From contig CAMPCW010000001.1 in assembly GCA_946647665.1 (NCBI GenBank), positions 4,084 to 68,083 on the forward strand: a stretch of 64,000 nt of DNA. The letters are read 5' to 3'. Source of the DNA: an uncultured Bacillales bacterium (GTDB taxonomy: Bacteria; Bacillota_I; Bacilli_A; RFN20; CAG-826). Below the pieces are notes generated by a model. The model ran no database searches, was not told where the DNA came from, and saw only the letters and a program-made list of their open reading frames with translations. Of this stretch, positions 36,149 through 48,335 are shown one piece after another. Numbering within the stretch: position 1 is the first letter of the stretch; every line of letters starts with the position of its first letter. A program made the translations under genes and the position numbers.

Positions 36149-37666
36149 ATGAAAATTAACGCAAATGAAATTAGTGCTTTAATTAAAGAACAAATTAAGA
36201 ACTATAAACATGATGTTGATTCTAGTGATGTCGGAACAGTAATTTCTGTTGGTGACGGGATTGCTCTTGTCTATGGGCTAACTCAAGCCATGCTTGGTGA
36301 ACTTTTAATCTTTACACATGGAATCTATGGTTTAGTGATGAATCTAGAGGCAGATCATGTTGGTGCAGTCTTATTAGGTGATGATTCTTTAATTAAAGAA
36401 GGCGATGAAGTTAAACGTACTAAACGCGTTATGGAAGTCCCAGTCGGTGACAATATGCTTGGCAGAGTCGTAAACGCTCTTGGTCAACCAATTGATGGAC
36501 TTGGTCCAATTGAAACGAAAGAAACTCGACCAATTGAAGTTATTGCTCCTGGGGTTATTACTAGAAAAAGTGTCGATACATCTTTAGAAACCGGTATTAC
36601 CGCAATTGACGCGATTACCCCAATTGGTAGAGGCCAAAGAGAATTAATTATTGGTGACCGTCAAACTGGAAAAACTGCGATAGCGATTGATACCATCATC
36701 AACCAAAAAGGCAAAGATGTTTTATGCATCTATGTTGCAATTGGTCAAAAGAATTCCACAGTAGCCCAAATCGTTGATAAATTAAAATCTTTTGGGGCGA
36801 TGGAATATACTTTAGTAGTTTCCGCAACTGCCAGTGAACCAGCTCCTATGCTCTATGTTGCCCCTTATGCAGGTGTTGCTATGGGTGAATATTGGATGCA
36901 CCAAGGTAAAGATGTCTTAATCGTTTATGATGATTTAAGTAAACACGCGGTTAGCTATCGTACTTTATCCTTATTACTAAAGCGTTCCCCAGGAAGAGAA
37001 GCTTATCCTGGTGATGTCTTCTATTTACATTCTCGTTTACTTGAAAGAGCGTGTAAATTAGACAAGAAATATGGTGGTGGTTCGATTACTGCTTTACCAA
37101 TCGTAGAAACTCAAGCTGGAGATATCTCTGCTTATATTCCTACTAATGTTATCTCAATCACAGATGGACAAATCTTCCTAGTGACTGATTTATTCAATGC
37201 TGGTCAAAGACCAGCAATTGACGCTGGTTTATCTGTCTCCCGTGTTGGTGGAGCTGCCCAAACTAAAGCCATGAAACAAGTTGCAAGAAGTTTAAAGATT
37301 GATTTAGCAAGCTTCGAAGAGATGAAATCATTCTCCCAGTTTGGTAGTGATTTAGATGCTTCAACTTTAGCGATATTAAAGCATGGGGAAGCTTTGCTTG
37401 AAGTTTTAAAACAAGGGCAATATAACCCTTATCCAATGGAAAAAGAAATTTTCTATCTTTTCGCAGCCAAAAATAAATATTTAGATAGTTTAAAAAAGAA
37501 TAAGATTGCTACTTATTTAGCTAAAGCTTATGAATATTCTTTAAGTAGTGATAAATCTTTACTTAATAGCATTAAAGAGAAAAAAGAAATTCTTCCAGAA
37601 GTGGAAAAGAAGTTAATTGCTCAATTTGAGAAATTTAACGAATTATATTTAGAAGAATATAAATAA
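36149..37666 (+). CDS. atpA: F0F1 ATP synthase subunit alpha
   Basis: Walker A GDRQTGKT. Length is 505 aa. Confidence 0.95.
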   Translation: MKINANEISALIKEQIKNYKHDVDSSDVGTVISVGDGIALVYGLTQAMLGELLIFTHGIYGLVMNLEADHVGAVLLGDDSLIKEGDEVKRTKRVMEVPVGDNMLGRVVNALGQPIDGLGPIETKETRPIEVIAPGVITRKSVDTSLETGITAIDAITPIGRGQRELIIGDRQTGKTAIAIDTIINQKGKDVLCIYVAIGQKNSTVAQIVDKLKSFGAMEYTLVVSATASEPAPMLYVAPYAGVAMGEYWMHQGKDVLIVYDDLSKHAVSYRTLSLLLKRSPGREAYPGDVFYLHSRLLERACKLDKKYGGGSITALPIVETQAGDISAYIPTNVISITDGQIFLVTDLFNAGQRPAIDAGLSVSRVGGAAQTKAMKQVARSLKIDLASFEEMKSFSQFGSDLDASTLAILKHGEALLEVLKQGQYNPYPMEKEIFYLFAAKNKYLDSLKKNKIATYLAKAYEYSLSSDKSLLNSIKEKKEILPEVEKKLIAQFEKFNELYLEEYK

Positions 37667-37669
37667 TAT

Positions 37670-39935
<2,266 letters not shown>

Positions 39936-39936
<1 letters not shown>

Positions 39937-40340
39937 TGAATAAATTTATTCATCTAGATATTTATACACCGACTGGAAAATATTTATCCACTGACGTTGA
40001 CTTTATAAAAGTCACTAGTAGTGTTGCGGTTTTAGGTATTCTTCCAGGTCACGCTCCTTTAGTGACTACTTTAGAAATTTGTAAATTGACCCTAAAAAGC
40101 AATTCTATAGAAAATGTTTACGCTATCGGGGGCGGTGTTTTAAATATTAAAAAAGATCGTTCAGTGGTCATGCTATTAAATTCTATTGAGCGTTCAGATG
40201 AAATTGATTTTAACCGTGCTCACGAAGCGAAAACTCGAGCTGAAGATCGTTTAAATAATCATGATGAAGAGATTGATGTTACAAGAGCAAAAGCGGCTTT
40301 AAGTCGTGCTCTTAATCGTTTATCGCTCAAAGACGAATAA
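39936..40340 (+). CDS. atpC: F0F1 ATP synthase subunit epsilon
   Basis: 134 aa, in the last position of the operon. Confidence 0.85.
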
Positions 40341-40372
40341 AAGTTATAATTATTATATATAGGAGAAAATGT

Positions 40373-40936
40373 ATGCATTCATGGCATGATGTTAAAGCGT
40401 GTAGAGTTACACCAGATAAGTTCTTAGCCCTTATTGAAATTTCTAAAGGCAGTAAGAATAAATACGAACTCGATAAAGAAACTGGTCACTTAATCTTAGA
40501 TAGAGTCCTTTTTACTAGTACTCACTATCCTCAAAACTATGGTTTTATTCCCAGAACCTACGCTAGAGACTATGACCCACTTGATGTCTTAGTCCTCTGT
40601 AGTGAATCAATTATTCCAATGTCTTTTGTAGAATGTAAGCCTATTGGTGTTCTTATTATGAAAGATAATGGCTTATTTGATGAAAAGATTATCGCTGTCC
40701 CTTTAAATGACCCATTTTATTCTCCTTATAATTCTATTAAAGATATCCCAGCGCACATCATGGATGAAATTAAGCATTTCTTCGCTGTTTATAAAACTTT
40801 AGAAAATAAACCAACAGCGATTGACGAAGTCAAAGATGTCGATGTTGCTAAACAAATTATTCGAGATTGTATTAAAGCCTATAAGACCACAATCGAACCA
40901 AAACATTTAGCGGAAAAACACGCTCGAGGCGAATGA
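40373..40936 (+). CDS. ppa: Inorganic pyrophosphatase (family I)
   Basis: Motifs DPLDVLVL and GE.D.KI.AV. It ends with a TGA stop that overlaps the trmL ATG. Confidence 0.9.
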   Translation: MHSWHDVKACRVTPDKFLALIEISKGSKNKYELDKETGHLILDRVLFTSTHYPQNYGFIPRTYARDYDPLDVLVLCSESIIPMSFVECKPIGVLIMKDNGLFDEKIIAVPLNDPFYSPYNSIKDIPAHIMDEIKHFFAVYKTLENKPTAIDEVKDVDVAKQIIRDCIKAYKTTIEPKHLAEKHARGE

Positions 40937-41451
40937 TACATATCGTACTATATCGACCTGAAAAACCGCAAAATACAGGGAATATTATGAGAACTTGTGT
41001 GGCGATTAACGCGACACTTGATATCATTGGTCCTCTGTCTTTTTCTTTAGACGCTAAAGATCTTAAGCGAGCAGGATTAGATTATATTGATTCTTTAAAA
41101 TATCATTATTTTTCAACTTACGAAGAGTATTTAAAAGAATATCCTAACGCTGATACTTATTACGTTACTAGATATAGCAATTCTGTTTATTCTGAGTTTA
41201 ATTTTTGCTCAATTACTCACGATATCTTTTTAATGTTTGGCAGAGAATCAACAGGCATTCCTCATGATATTTTAAGAAGTCACCCTGATCGATTACTTAG
41301 AATTCCGATGGTTCCTGAAGCAAGAAGTTTAAACTTATCTAATTCAGTAGCAATCGTGGTTTATGAAGTTTTAAGACAATTAAAATACCCTAATCTTTCC
41401 ACTCAAGAAGCGATTAAGGGTGAAGGATTTTTATTTAGCGAAAAAGATTAG
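40933..41451 (+). CDS. trmL: tRNA (cytidine/uridine-2'-O-)-methyltransferase TrmL (SPOUT family)
   Basis: The N-terminus IVLYRPEKPQNTGNIMRTC and the SPOUT knot motifs. Confidence 0.8.
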   Translation: MIHIVLYRPEKPQNTGNIMRTCVAINATLDIIGPLSFSLDAKDLKRAGLDYIDSLKYHYFSTYEEYLKEYPNADTYYVTRYSNSVYSEFNFCSITHDIFLMFGRESTGIPHDILRSHPDRLLRIPMVPEARSLNLSNSVAIVVYEVLRQLKYPNLSTQEAIKGEGFLFSEKD

Positions 41452-42824
41452 AATCTTTTTTGAGTGAGTAATAACTTTTTAGTGGAGTCTCTTACTTCTT
41501 TTAAATAAAAAGACTCATATTTATTAAGTAAAACTTGGCCAGTAGATTGGCCTTTTTTGATGTCTTTAACTTTTGCAACTTGGATTTCAGCGTCACTTTT
41601 TCCTGATAAAATAAGCGCGATTTCTAACCCCACTAGTAAGATATCTTTATTTACATCATGAGAAAAAATCACCACGTGAGACGCACTTATATTAGCGACA
41701 TGAATAAAAGTGTCTTCTTTATTTGCTTTTTTAAAAGTTAAGACGCTATTCTGCTCTTTATTTTTTCCAAAGCCAATACGAACATGATTATATTCTACAT
41801 AGTAAGGAGAATTACTTGGAGGAAGCATCTTATTCTTTTTATTTGCTTGTTTTATTAAATATTTATGACTTAATTCAAGAATTTCTTCTTCACTTAAATA
41901 GTCAAAGATATTGATGATATGTTCATATTCTTCAATTTCTTTACTTGCGATATCAATTTCTCGAATGTCGTTTTCAATCGTACGTTTATATTTCTTATAT
42001 TTATTAAATAATAAGGAAGCATTTTGCTCTACTGATAAGTCATTATCATAGCTCTTGATAGAATTAATAATAAAAGTTAACTCTTCTTTATCATCTTTAT
42101 AAGTTAATAAAGATTCTCCAATTTCTTTATAGACTAATTTATTTTTCGCTTCATTTAATTCATCGTTTAAAACTTTGATTTTTCTTTTTAAAGATTTAAC
42201 TTTGCTTTTTAAGTGATTATATAAAGGAAGAGCTTTTTCTTTTTGCTTTAACTTAAGAGAATCTAACACATATTTCGCTACATCTTGATTATAATTAATA
42301 TAATCAAATTCGCCTCTATCTAATTCTTTATTTTTACTTAAAGATATATAGGCCATCTTTTGAATAACTGGCCTAGAGGCAGTTAAATCTGAATAGTGTT
42401 TGGCAAATAAGATATTTTCCTTATGATCTAAAAATATGAGATTAGAGATTGTAGGAATTAACTCTAACACTAAATAATAAGTTTCCTTTTCATAAAATTC
42501 GTTAGACTTATGGAGAGTAAACTTCAGCACTCTATCGTTATTTAAGATATCGATAGCGACAATATAAGAACCCTTTAAATACTTTCTTAAGTTGTCATTT
42601 AGCTGGCCTAAAACAGTATGAGAATTAAAATCAGCAGGCACAAAACCTAAAAATGGGGAAGTGTGGTTTAAACTGACTAATAATTTCTCTTTATTGTAAA
42701 AAGAAAACGTTAACAAGATATCATGAGAATTGATAACCACCACATTAGTGATAAAGCTATTTAAGATTTTCTTGTCTAGATCTTCTTTTATTTGATAGAT
42801 GCCTTCTAAATTAAGTTTTTCCAT
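41448..42824 (-). CDS. NFACT-family protein (RqcH / FbpA-like)
   Basis: An N-terminal NFACT-N-like region, a coiled-coil middle region and a C-terminal NFACT-R-like segment (ANISASHVVI). Length is 458 aa. Confidence 0.55.
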   Translation of the reverse strand: MEKLNLEGIYQIKEDLDKKILNSFITNVVVINSHDILLTFSFYNKEKLLVSLNHTSPFLGFVPADFNSHTVLGQLNDNLRKYLKGSYIVAIDILNNDRVLKFTLHKSNEFYEKETYYLVLELIPTISNLIFLDHKENILFAKHYSDLTASRPVIQKMAYISLSKNKELDRGEFDYINYNQDVAKYVLDSLKLKQKEKALPLYNHLKSKVKSLKRKIKVLNDELNEAKNKLVYKEIGESLLTYKDDKEELTFIINSIKSYDNDLSVEQNASLLFNKYKKYKRTIENDIREIDIASKEIEEYEHIINIFDYLSEEEILELSHKYLIKQANKKNKMLPPSNSPYYVEYNHVRIGFGKNKEQNSVLTFKKANKEDTFIHVANISASHVVIFSHDVNKDILLVGLEIALILSGKSDAEIQVAKVKDIKKGQSTGQVLLNKYESFYLKEVRDSTKKLLLTQKRF

Positions 42825-42853
42825 GCTAGTTCAATTATTTCATAATTTCTTAT

Positions 42854-42882
42854 TTGATAAAAGGTAAATTGACCCTTATAAT
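42854..42882 (+). promoter_or_regulatory. Sigma-A promoter TTGATA-17-TATAAT placed 8 nt before the gmk ATG (leaderless candidate)
   Basis: Near-consensus hexamers with 17 nt spacing. No Shine-Dalgarno sequence is present. Confidence 0.5.
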
Positions 42883-42890
42883 AATAAAAA

Positions 42891-43463
42891 ATGAAAAAGG
42901 GATTGCTAATTATTCTTTCAGGACCTTCCGGTGTAGGTAAGGGCACAATCAGAAGATATATCATGGATAACTTTGATATACAGCTTTCCTATTCCATTTC
43001 TATGACCACAAGACCTCGAAGAGAAAAAGAGGTTGAAGGCGTTGATTATTATTTTGTCTCTAACGAAGAATTTGACCGTAATATCAAAGAAAACAATTTC
43101 TTAGAATGGGAAGAATTCGTTGGTAATCGATACGGCACCCCTAAAGATAAAGTGGAAGAATTAAGAAACCAAGGCAAAAACGTTTTCTTAGAAATTGAAG
43201 TTAATGGAGCGACCGAAGTAATGAATAAAGTGAAAGATAACCGCGTTATCTCCTTCTTCTTGATGCCACCAAATATTCAAGCGTTAGAGCAAAGAATTAG
43301 AAGAAGAAAAACTGAAAGTGAAGCAGTCATTCAAGCGAGATTAAATAAAGGCAAATCCGAAATGACAAAAGCTAACCAGTATGACCACGTCATCCTAAAT
43401 GACGATGTCGCAAGAGCCAGTAGAGAAATAGTAGATCTCATCAATAGAAAATTAAAAAGCTAA
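42891..43463 (+). CDS. gmk: Guanylate kinase
   Basis: Walker A motif GPSGVGKGT. Length is 190 aa. Confidence 0.9.
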   Translation: MKKGLLIILSGPSGVGKGTIRRYIMDNFDIQLSYSISMTTRPRREKEVEGVDYYFVSNEEFDRNIKENNFLEWEEFVGNRYGTPKDKVEELRNQGKNVFLEIEVNGATEVMNKVKDNRVISFFLMPPNIQALEQRIRRRKTESEAVIQARLNKGKSEMTKANQYDHVILNDDVARASREIVDLINRKLKS

Positions 43464-43471
43464 GGACGAAT

Positions 43472-45667
43472 ATGAAAATAATTGAACTACTCATTGAGCA
43501 TAATAATTATTCATTAAATCGTCCTTTTTCTTACGTTTATAATGGCGAAAAAACTGTTGAACGCGGTTATCGCGTCTTAGTGAATTTTAATCACCAAGAA
43601 TTAGTGGGCTACGTTATTAAAGTTAGTGACACTAATAAAAGTAAAAAAGAGTTAGAAGTAGAACTTGGATTTAATATTGATGAAATAGTGGATGTCATTG
43701 ATTCCTCTCCTTTACTTAATGAAGATTTGATGACTCTTGCTGAAGAAGTTAGTGATTATTATCTTGCTAGTAAAATCTCTGTTTTACAAACTATGCTCCC
43801 TCCTTCTTTAAGCCCTAGAAAAAGTTCTTTAAAAGCACCAAAAATTGCTTATGATCAATTTATTATTATTAAAGATTATGATGAGAGCGATTTAACCTTT
43901 ACTCAAATTGAACTACTACGACTAATTCAAAAAGATCAGCCTGTACTTAAACGCGAAATTAAGCAAGTTAGTGTTTTAAATAAATTACTTGAATATGGAC
44001 GAGTCGATATTATTAAAAAAGAAAAAAGAAGACTGCAAATTCCTAATTATGAAAAAGTTGAAATTCCTTCTTTAACTAGTGATCAGAAAAAAGTAGTGGA
44101 CGAGTTTAATAATTCTCATGATCAAATATATTTATTAGAAGGAGTTACCGGGAGTGGGAAAAGTGAAGTTTATCTTCATTTATCTAAACAAATATTAGAA
44201 AAAGGTAAATCGGTTTTAATGCTGGTTCCTGAAATTTCTTTAACCCCGATGATGATGAGGAATTTTATTTCTCGATTTGGAGAATCAGTCGCAATTCTTC
44301 ATAGCGAGTTAACTCCTGCTGAAAAATATGATGAATATCGTAAGATTGCTTCTGGAAAATGTAAAATAGTTGTTGGCGCACGTAGTGCGATATTCGCTCC
44401 ACTTTCTAATATTGGCTTAATCATATTAGATGAGGAACATGTTGAAAGTTATAAACAAGACGTGCCGCCTTTTTATCACGCTAGAGAAATTGCAATCATT
44501 AGAAGTAAGATGCATAACTGCAAAGTTCTTTTAGGTAGTGCTACTCCGTCCTTAGAAAGTAGAGCTAGAGCAGGTAAAGGGGTATATCACTTATTAACTT
44601 TAACTAAAAGAATTAATGAAAAAGAGCTTCCTAAAACCACAATTGTCAATATGACGGATTATCATAATATTGACCGTGAAAGTTATATCTTCTCTTTAAA
44701 GCTTAAAGAAGCAATTCAAAAGACTTTAGATAAGTATAACCAAATTATTCTGCTTATAAATAAAAGAGGTTTCTCTACTAGCGTTTATTGTCGAAGTTGT
44801 GGACATATTTTTAAGTGTCCAACTTGCAATATCCCCCTAACCTATCATAAGAGTGATAGAATGCTTAAATGTCATCACTGTAATTATTGCGAAGTCGATC
44901 ATGAAATTTGTCCGGAATGCGGCTCAAAATATTTAATGCGCGTAGGATATGGCACTGAACGAATTGAAGAAGAAGTCCATAAATTATTTCCTGAAGCGAG
45001 AACTTTAAGATTAGATAGTGATTCGGCAAAAATTAGAACAAAAATTCCTCAGATTATCGAAGCCTTTAGAAACAAGGAAGCAGATATTTTAATTGGCACG
45101 CAAATGATTGCAAAAGGTCACGACTTTCCTGATGTTACCTTAGTTGGTGTAGTTAACGCTGATATTGGTTTATCTTTACCAAGTTATAGAAGTAGTGAAA
45201 GAGTATTTGAACTTATCACTCAAGCTGTAGGTAGAAGTGGAAGAAGTGATAAAAAAGGTGAGGCTATCATTCAAACCTATTCGCCTACACATTACGCAAT
45301 TACTATGGCAGCTAGACAAGACTATGAACTTTTCTATAGAAAAGAAATGGAAATAAGAAAGCTACAATTCTATCCACCTTATTCTTTTATCGCTAGCGTG
45401 ACTGTAGCCTCTAAAAACGAAGAGCTAACTATTGATACAGTTTATAGAATTATTGATATCTTAGCAGATGAGTTAAAAGAAGAAGCAGTGATTTTAGGGC
45501 CGACAACGCCATATGTCCCTTATGAAAATAACAAGCATATCCGTTCAATTATGGTTAAATATCGTCGTAGCGAAATAGTCAAACCAGCACTTGAAAAGTT
45601 ACTTAAGAGTAGCCTAAATAAAAGCGGAATATCTTTAACAGTAAATATAGACCCTTACAATTTGTAA
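43472..45667 (+). CDS. priA: Primosomal protein N' (PriA helicase)
   Basis: Walker A GVTGSGKSE, a DEEH box and the cysteine-rich zinc-binding insert (CRSCGH...CPTC...CHHC...CPEC). Confidence 0.9.
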   Translation: MKIIELLIEHNNYSLNRPFSYVYNGEKTVERGYRVLVNFNHQELVGYVIKVSDTNKSKKELEVELGFNIDEIVDVIDSSPLLNEDLMTLAEEVSDYYLASKISVLQTMLPPSLSPRKSSLKAPKIAYDQFIIIKDYDESDLTFTQIELLRLIQKDQPVLKREIKQVSVLNKLLEYGRVDIIKKEKRRLQIPNYEKVEIPSLTSDQKKVVDEFNNSHDQIYLLEGVTGSGKSEVYLHLSKQILEKGKSVLMLVPEISLTPMMMRNFISRFGESVAILHSELTPAEKYDEYRKIASGKCKIVVGARSAIFAPLSNIGLIILDEEHVESYKQDVPPFYHAREIAIIRSKMHNCKVLLGSATPSLESRARAGKGVYHLLTLTKRINEKELPKTTIVNMTDYHNIDRESYIFSLKLKEAIQKTLDKYNQIILLINKRGFSTSVYCRSCGHIFKCPTCNIPLTYHKSDRMLKCHHCNYCEVDHEICPECGSKYLMRVGYGTERIEEEVHKLFPEARTLRLDSDSAKIRTKIPQIIEAFRNKEADILIGTQMIAKGHDFPDVTLVGVVNADIGLSLPSYRSSERVFELITQAVGRSGRSDKKGEAIIQTYSPTHYAITMAARQDYELFYRKEMEIRKLQFYPPYSFIASVTVASKNEELTIDTVYRIIDILADELKEEAVILGPTTPYVPYENNKHIRSIMVKYRRSEIVKPALEKLLKSSLNKSGISLTVNIDPYNL

Positions 45668-45701
45668 AAAATTGTAGTATATTATTAGCCGAGGTAAATT
45701 T

Positions 45702-46148
45702 ATGATTAGTGTATTTGTATATGGTTTAGATCAATTCTTAGTTGGTGATTTAAGTGTCCAATTAGGTAAAGATTTAGCAAAATTATATGAAGTTGATGAA
45801 GATGATATTAACTTTGTTGCTCCTAGCACAATGGTGTTTCATAAAAGAGCAGAACAAACTTCTTGGAGAGTGATTGTTGAAGTCAGTGTTCCTAAGAAAT
45901 TAGAAGTACTACAAGAACAAGCTATTCAAGTCATTGTTCATCACATTAAGCAAATCGCTATTCACGTTGAAATCTTATTTAAATATTACTTAAGCGACCA
46001 CCATCACTTAGAAATAAACGACGATTATCCACTTTATTTAGAAGAACAACCTGATGTCGAAATTGATGCAGAATATCCTGATGACATCGAAGAAGGTGAA
46101 GGGGATGACGAGATTTATACCGGAGATATATTTGAAGGTTTAAAATAA
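45702..46148 (+). CDS. Hypothetical small protein with a highly acidic C-terminus
   Basis: 148 aa. An AGGTAAA RBS is present and a strong terminator follows. Confidence 0.6.
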   Translation: MISVFVYGLDQFLVGDLSVQLGKDLAKLYEVDEDDINFVAPSTMVFHKRAEQTSWRVIVEVSVPKKLEVLQEQAIQVIVHHIKQIAIHVEILFKYYLSDHHHLEINDDYPLYLEEQPDVEIDAEYPDDIEEGEGDDEIYTGDIFEGLK

Positions 46149-46170
46149 TCCGATTCAATCGGATTTTTTT
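46147..46170 (+). terminator. Rho-independent terminator (AATCCGA-TTCAA-TCGGATT followed by TTTTTTT)
   Basis: A perfect 7 bp stem with a T-run. Confidence 0.6.
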
Positions 46171-46272
46171 CATAATTACTCAATTTTAATTGAATCTACG
46201 CTTTGAAAAACTATTTTTGGATATATTTCTATATGTTAGAATAAACATGCTATTAAAGGGGAATTAACTATT

Positions 46273-48258
46273 ATGAAAAAATTCTTTTGCTTATCTTTAA
46301 TTTCTTTATGCGGATTAGCATCTTTTTTTACTTCAAAGACTGTTCAACCAGTTAAGGCTGAAGAAACAAAACCAGAAGATTTGAGTGGTTATTATGAATT
46401 AATGGACGGTCCAGAGCAGAATTATGCAGATCGCTATAATTCAGAATATATTTTAGCTTATGATGATGGCACCTCGATGCGCGTTTTTCATCCTAATAGT
46501 TATACTAATGCATACGGCGAGAATAATTTTGTAACTCTTAATTATTCTTCTCGCTACATCAAAAAAGCTGATTTAACTGATACAAAATCTGCTTTTACGA
46601 TTGAAAGATATAATGCAGTGGATATGTTTAGAGTTTTGTATCAAAACCAAAACACCAAGTGTTTAGCGATGTCTGATTCACCATATAATAACGATGTATC
46701 TGTTGCGAATGGCATTTACTTTATTTCAGCATCTTCAAGTTATGAAGCGCTTAATAAAAGAGCTAAGATCACACTTGAAAAACCACAATATTATCCACAG
46801 CGATTTGTGTTTGGGATTGGCAATCTTGGCAACACATATTATGAATTTCGTTATAACAGCGACTTAAACATGATACGACCTTATTCGTTATCGAGTTCAA
46901 ATTTTGTAAATAATCCTGTTAGATTATACAAATTAGGTGGGTGTAATTTTGCTAAAACACCTTCTAAAATTGAAATTTCTTCAGCTAAGACTAGTTTTGA
47001 AACTGGTGATAGTTTTGTGAGACCTACAGTAACAGCCTACTATACTGATAATAGTTCTGAAGATGTTTCTAGTCGCACAGTATTCACAGGGTTTGATAGT
47101 TCAGACCGCTCTAAAATGGGCACTCAAACTATTACTGCTTCATTTACTAGTAACAATGTTACTGTTACCACTACATATGAAATAGAAATGAAGGGTTGTA
47201 AAGAAGTTAGCATTAATTTATATGACTACTATGCTACTGGTAATAAATACGTTTATTTTATTGGTGAGGAATTTCAAAGACCAACCATCGAAGTTATTTG
47301 TCGCATTCCTTCACAAAACTATTTAGTGCCTTATAATTCTGTTATTGAAGAACCTCGTTCATTAAAATTCTCTGGCTTTGATAGTTCTAAAGCCGGTACC
47401 GTCACTGTTTATGTTGTCTATGACGGTTTTAATAGTGATGGTTCTTTAATCACCTCATATACTGTAACCATCAAAGAGCCACAACCAACTTCTTTAGAAG
47501 TCACTAATCATAGAGATACTTACGCTCAATATGAGCAATTCGTTCCAAATATTACCGCAATTTGCCATTATGAAGATAATAGTACACTCGACGTCACAAA
47601 TTTAGTTACTGTGACCGCCCCTGGTCCATTCAATACACTTGGTGATTATGTTATTGATGTCAAATTTGGTGATCTAGTAGCTTCTTATACAGTTCATGTT
47701 GTTCCTGCCGAGTTAGTGTCAATTGAAGTTTCAAATAACGCCAAAACAAATTATTTTGTGGGAGACGATTTTGTCGCTCCAAAAGTTTTTGGTAAATATA
47801 ATAATGGGCAAGTAGTTGAAGTAAACGCCTCCTTCTCGGGGTTCTCTAGCGACGCTCCAGGAAAATATACAATCACTGTGACTTATGGTGACAAAGAAAC
47901 TTCATATGTTGTAACTGTTAAAAATCCAGAAGTTGTTAGCCTTACTATTGGAGAATATAAAAAAGAATATTTTGTTGGTGATGAATTTGTTGCTCCAGTA
48001 GTCACCGGACATTATGATAATGGTGAAGAAGAAGAAGTGGAAGCAACATTCACTGGCTTTGATAGCTCTAAAATCGGTGAAATCACCGTTACCGCTTCTT
48101 ATAATGGAGTAAGTGCTACCTTTAAAGTTGAAATAAAAGCTAGACCATCAGCAGGAGGATGTGGAGGCTCAACTAGTGCTCCATCTATCACAATTTTTGC
48201 TTTCTCTTTAGCGAGTCTTGGCTTATTGGTTTTAATTAAAAAAAGACACGCCAAATAG
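46273..48258 (+). CDS. Surface protein with a signal peptide, about five tandem Big_3-type bacterial Ig-like repeats and a C-terminal TM anchor with a basic tail
   Basis: The repeats carry a recurring motif of the form Y-F-V-G-D-x-F-x-x-P-x-V, then Y-x-N-G, then F-x-G-F-D-S-S, then G-x-x-T-V-T. The C-terminus reads GGCGGSTSAPS-ITIFAFSLASLGLLVLI-KKRHAK. There is no LPXTG motif. Confidence 0.8.
   Translation: MKKFFCLSLISLCGLASFFTSKTVQPVKAEETKPEDLSGYYELMDGPEQNYADRYNSEYILAYDDGTSMRVFHPNSYTNAYGENNFVTLNYSSRYIKKADLTDTKSAFTIERYNAVDMFRVLYQNQNTKCLAMSDSPYNNDVSVANGIYFISASSSYEALNKRAKITLEKPQYYPQRFVFGIGNLGNTYYEFRYNSDLNMIRPYSLSSSNFVNNPVRLYKLGGCNFAKTPSKIEISSAKTSFETGDSFVRPTVTAYYTDNSSEDVSSRTVFTGFDSSDRSKMGTQTITASFTSNNVTVTTTYEIEMKGCKEVSINLYDYYATGNKYVYFIGEEFQRPTIEVICRIPSQNYLVPYNSVIEEPRSLKFSGFDSSKAGTVTVYVVYDGFNSDGSLITSYTVTIKEPQPTSLEVTNHRDTYAQYEQFVPNITAICHYEDNSTLDVTNLVTVTAPGPFNTLGDYVIDVKFGDLVASYTVHVVPAELVSIEVSNNAKTNYFVGDDFVAPKVFGKYNNGQVVEVNASFSGFSSDAPGKYTITVTYGDKETSYVVTVKNPEVVSLTIGEYKKEYFVGDEFVAPVVTGHYDNGEEEEVEATFTGFDSSKIGEITVTASYNGVSATFKVEIKARPSAGGCGGSTSAPSITIFAFSLASLGLLVLIKKRHAK
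46960..48130 (+). repeat. Tandem repeats encoding Ig-like domains (about 230-270 bp units, diverged) inside the surface-protein gene
   Basis: The repeat periodicity is visible in the translated protein, and partly at DNA level (for example the repeated GTTGGTGATGAATTTGTTGCTCCA-like segments). Confidence 0.5.
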
Positions 48259-48279
48259 ATAGATAAAATCAAATTGAAG

Positions 48280-48300
48280 AAACGACTTGGTCGTTTTTTC
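48280..48300 (+). terminator. Rho-independent terminator (AAACGAC-TTG-GTCGTTT followed by TTTC)
   Basis: A perfect 7 bp stem with a T-run. Confidence 0.55.
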
Positions 48301-48329
48301 TTTATACGCGCGTAAAAAAAGAGTATAAT
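48301..48329 (+). promoter_or_regulatory. Promoter TTTATA-17-TATAAT placed 6 nt before the ATG at 48336 (leaderless candidate)
   Basis: No Shine-Dalgarno sequence is present. Confidence 0.4.
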
Positions 48330-48335
48330 ATTTCC

